Shown piece after piece: positions 61,891-64,000 of a stretch of 64,000 nt of DNA. Source of the DNA: Chlamydiia bacterium (GTDB lineage: Bacteria > Chlamydiota > Chlamydiia > Chlamydiales > Rhabdochlamydiaceae); the NCBI GenBank assembly GCA_963804085.1, contig CAWDOQ010000017.1, positions 160,001 to 224,000 of the forward strand. Reading direction: 5' to 3'. The notes beneath the pieces were generated by a model, which worked only from the letters and a program-made list of their open reading frames with translations, searched no databases and was not told the origin of the DNA. Position 1 is the stretch's first letter. The number at the start of each line of letters is the position of its first letter. The position numbers were made by a program, and so were the translations under genes.

Positions 61891-62707
61891 CTAGTCCTGG
61901 GCGGCGAGGAGCAGTGCAGCGAGTGGCTCGAGGACCTCCACGAGCTCTTCGAGCTCCTCCGGCTCGAGACCCTCGTAGGGCTTCGCCGCCAGGTCGTCAG
62001 TGCGCGACTCGACCCGCTGCTTGACGCCTCGACCCTGTTCGCTCAGCCACCCGTCCTCCCCGATCAGACCGCGCACGCAACCCGTCCGTCACGTCGGCGA
62101 TCTGCGCGGCCGGAAGGTGATGCATGCGTCCGAACTTCTCGGCCGGCATGCCCATGTCGAGAGCGACGAGCGCATGCGCCTCGAGGCCACCGACGTCTTC
62201 GCTCACCAAAGCTGCGATGTGGCCGTCCCCACGGTGCTCGCGTAGCAACGAGGCCGCATGAAAGAGCCGCTCCACCTTGTCGTTGGGGATCGGGAGCGCT
62301 CGCAGCGCGGCGTACATGGGTCGACCCTCGAAGGGAGCGCTCGTCCCCGCCTTGGTCAACAGTTCGGTGGCGCGGGTGAAGTCCGCCGAGTCGACGCGTT
62401 CGCCGAGGATCCGCCGCAGGGCTCTCGCACTGCCGAGCCGACGCGCTGCGATGGCGGCATCGGGCGTGGTGGTCTCCCACACTTTGGGGATGTGCCGACC
62501 CACTTCGCCGGGAGCGAAGTTGTAGAACAGCGCGTCCACCACCTCCGCCGGAATGAGCCCGAGAGGCGCCGCCCGTCCGGCGAAATAGGTGTCCCAGTAG
62601 TCGGTGAACCCGAGGGCGAACATCGCCTCATTGGGTTCATCGGCTGAGTACGGGATGACCCCGATCGGCTCGACGAGTTCGAACATCCGGCGGGCCATTG
62701 CGTTCAT
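61891..62707 (-). CDS. SCO6745-family protein (one frameshift)
   Basis: YFAGRAAPLG, FYNFAP, LREHRGDGH; C-terminus RGLI...E..TDDLA in another frame, shift near 62072. Confidence 0.75.
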
Positions 62708-62783
62708 CGCCCACAAAACCTAACCAGGGCGTCGCGCCCGGACGCAGGAGGTTCACCGGGCTTGATGGCGGCGCCCTGGCAGA

Positions 62784-62797
62784 CGAACACCTGTTCG
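62784..62797. promoter_or_regulatory. LexA (SOS) box upstream of dinB
   Basis: CGAAC-ACCT-GTTCG matches the Gram-positive/actinobacterial CGAAC-N4-GTTCG box; TACATT -10-like hexamer at 62800-62805. Confidence 0.85.
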
Positions 62798-62811
62798 CTT
62801 ACATTGGCACC

Positions 62812-64000
62812 GTGGAGTCCCACCCGGCCCTGCGAGCGACCATCCTGCATGCAGACCTCGACGCCTTCTACGCATCGGTCGAGCAGCTGTTGGACCCGAC
62901 GCTGCGGAACCGGCCGATCGCCGTCGGCGGCAGTGTGGTGCTGGCAGCCTCGTATGAAGCCAGGAACTATGGCGTCCACGGCGGCATGCCCGGCTGGCGG
63001 GCCCGCCAGCTCTGCGGCGATCTCCTCTTCGTCGGCGGCCATTTCGGCCGTTACCAGGAGTTCGGCGACGAGGTCATGTCGGTCTTTCACGACTTCACTC
63101 CCAGAGTCGAAAGGGTGTCGATCGATGAGGCCTTTCTCGATGTTGCGGGCGCGGTCCATCTCTTCGGCGAACCCACAGCGATAGCGGCGGCCATTCGTCG
63201 ACGAGTGCGCGCCGAAATCGGACTGCCGCTCTCGGTCGGCGTCGCACGCACCAAGCACCTCGCCAAGGTGGCATCGCAGGTGGCCAAACCCGACGGCCTC
63301 GTCGCCGTGGCTCCCGCCGACGAACGGGAATTTCTCGACCCGCTCCCCATCCGGTTGATCTGGGGTGTCGGGGCAACGACGGAGCGGCGCCTGCACGAGG
63401 CGGGGATCTTCACCATCGGCCAACTGGCCGACGCCGGCAGCCCGATTCTGCGCAACCTGCTGGGCCAAGCAACCGGTGCAAAGCTCAGCGCCCTCTCGGC
63501 CAACGTCGATGAGCGGGCAGTACAGACGCCGGCCCGGTCCAAGTCCATGGGCGCCCAAGCCGCCCTCGGGCGTCGGACGGCAACGCCCGAGCTCATTCGA
63601 GAGACGCTCGGTTATCTGGCTGACCGAGTCGCCGGCCGCCTCCGAAAGGCGAACCTGGCCGGGCGAACGGTGACCGTACGAATCCGCTTCCCTCAACTGC
63701 GTTCTGTGACCCGGTCCGTCACGCTGTCAGTTGCGACCTCCACCACGCTGACGTTGGCCGAAGTGGCTGAAAGGCTTGCCTGGGCCGCCCTCCGTGACAA
63801 CAATCGGGAACGCGAAGTCACACTGCTCGGCGTCTCGGTCTCCCACCTTCGACCAGAGCACTCCTTACAGCTCGAACTCCCGCTCGACCCGCCCGACCTG
63901 CCAAGGACGGCGGACGACCGACCCGGATCTGCCGTCGAAGCCTCCCGGTGGGGCGTGGACAGGTCCGTGGACGCCATACGAGAGAAGTTCGGGAGGACCG
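62812..64000 (+). CDS. dinB: DNA polymerase IV (runs off window)
   Basis: Manual translation: ILHADLDAFYASVE, AASYEAR.YG, SIDEAFLD, KHLAKVAS..AKPDG, IWGVG; open to the window end. Confidence 0.95.
   Translation, partial: MESHPALRATILHADLDAFYASVEQLLDPTLRNRPIAVGGSVVLAASYEARNYGVHGGMPGWRARQLCGDLLFVGGHFGRYQEFGDEVMSVFHDFTPRVERVSIDEAFLDVAGAVHLFGEPTAIAAAIRRRVRAEIGLPLSVGVARTKHLAKVASQVAKPDGLVAVAPADEREFLDPLPIRLIWGVGATTERRLHEAGIFTIGQLADAGSPILRNLLGQATGAKLSALSANVDERAVQTPARSKSMGAQAALGRRTATPELIRETLGYLADRVAGRLRKANLAGRTVTVRIRFPQLRSVTRSVTLSVATSTTLTLAEVAERLAWAALRDNNREREVTLLGVSVSHLRPEHSLQLELPLDPPDLPRTADDRPGSAVEASRWGVDRSVDAIREKFGRT

Noticed and set aside
62704..63696. 330-aa minus-strand ORF
   Set aside because: Antisense to dinB, which the ORF track missed because it has no stop in the window

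Overview
The window joins two compositionally different segments. Bases 1 to ~56,243 (moderate/low GC) look like an environmental Chlamydiae genome. They carry euo, fused secDF, tsp, mip, LRR and F-box-like proteins, and the chlamydial gene orders gltX/tsp/euo/recJ/secDF/uppS/cdsA/cmk/plsC and trxA/trmL/mip/aspS/hisS. Bases ~56,244 to 64,000 are very GC-rich, Actinobacteria-like DNA (LLM oxidoreductase, F420 PPOX enzyme, Rpf-like transglycosylase, LexA-boxed dinB) with many single-base frameshifts. The join falls inside two genes and is most likely an assembly or read chimera. The best candidate for an undescribed system is a minimal two-gene RiPP locus at 2924-4337, next to ispF. It encodes an NHLP-leader precursor whose core lacks Cys/Ser/Thr/Trp but is Tyr/His-rich, plus a 338-aa protein resembling ABBA-fold peptide prenyltransferases. 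Other notable items: a family of intergenic hexamer-arm palindromes, one split by a complete IS66 element with an 8-bp target duplication; a cmk-plsC fusion; a frameshifted primase-helicase-nuclease conflict gene; two toxin/immunity-like pairs; a low-GC MFS-methyltransferase-HD cassette; and several decayed accessory genes. All family calls are from motif recognition by eye; no database searches were run.
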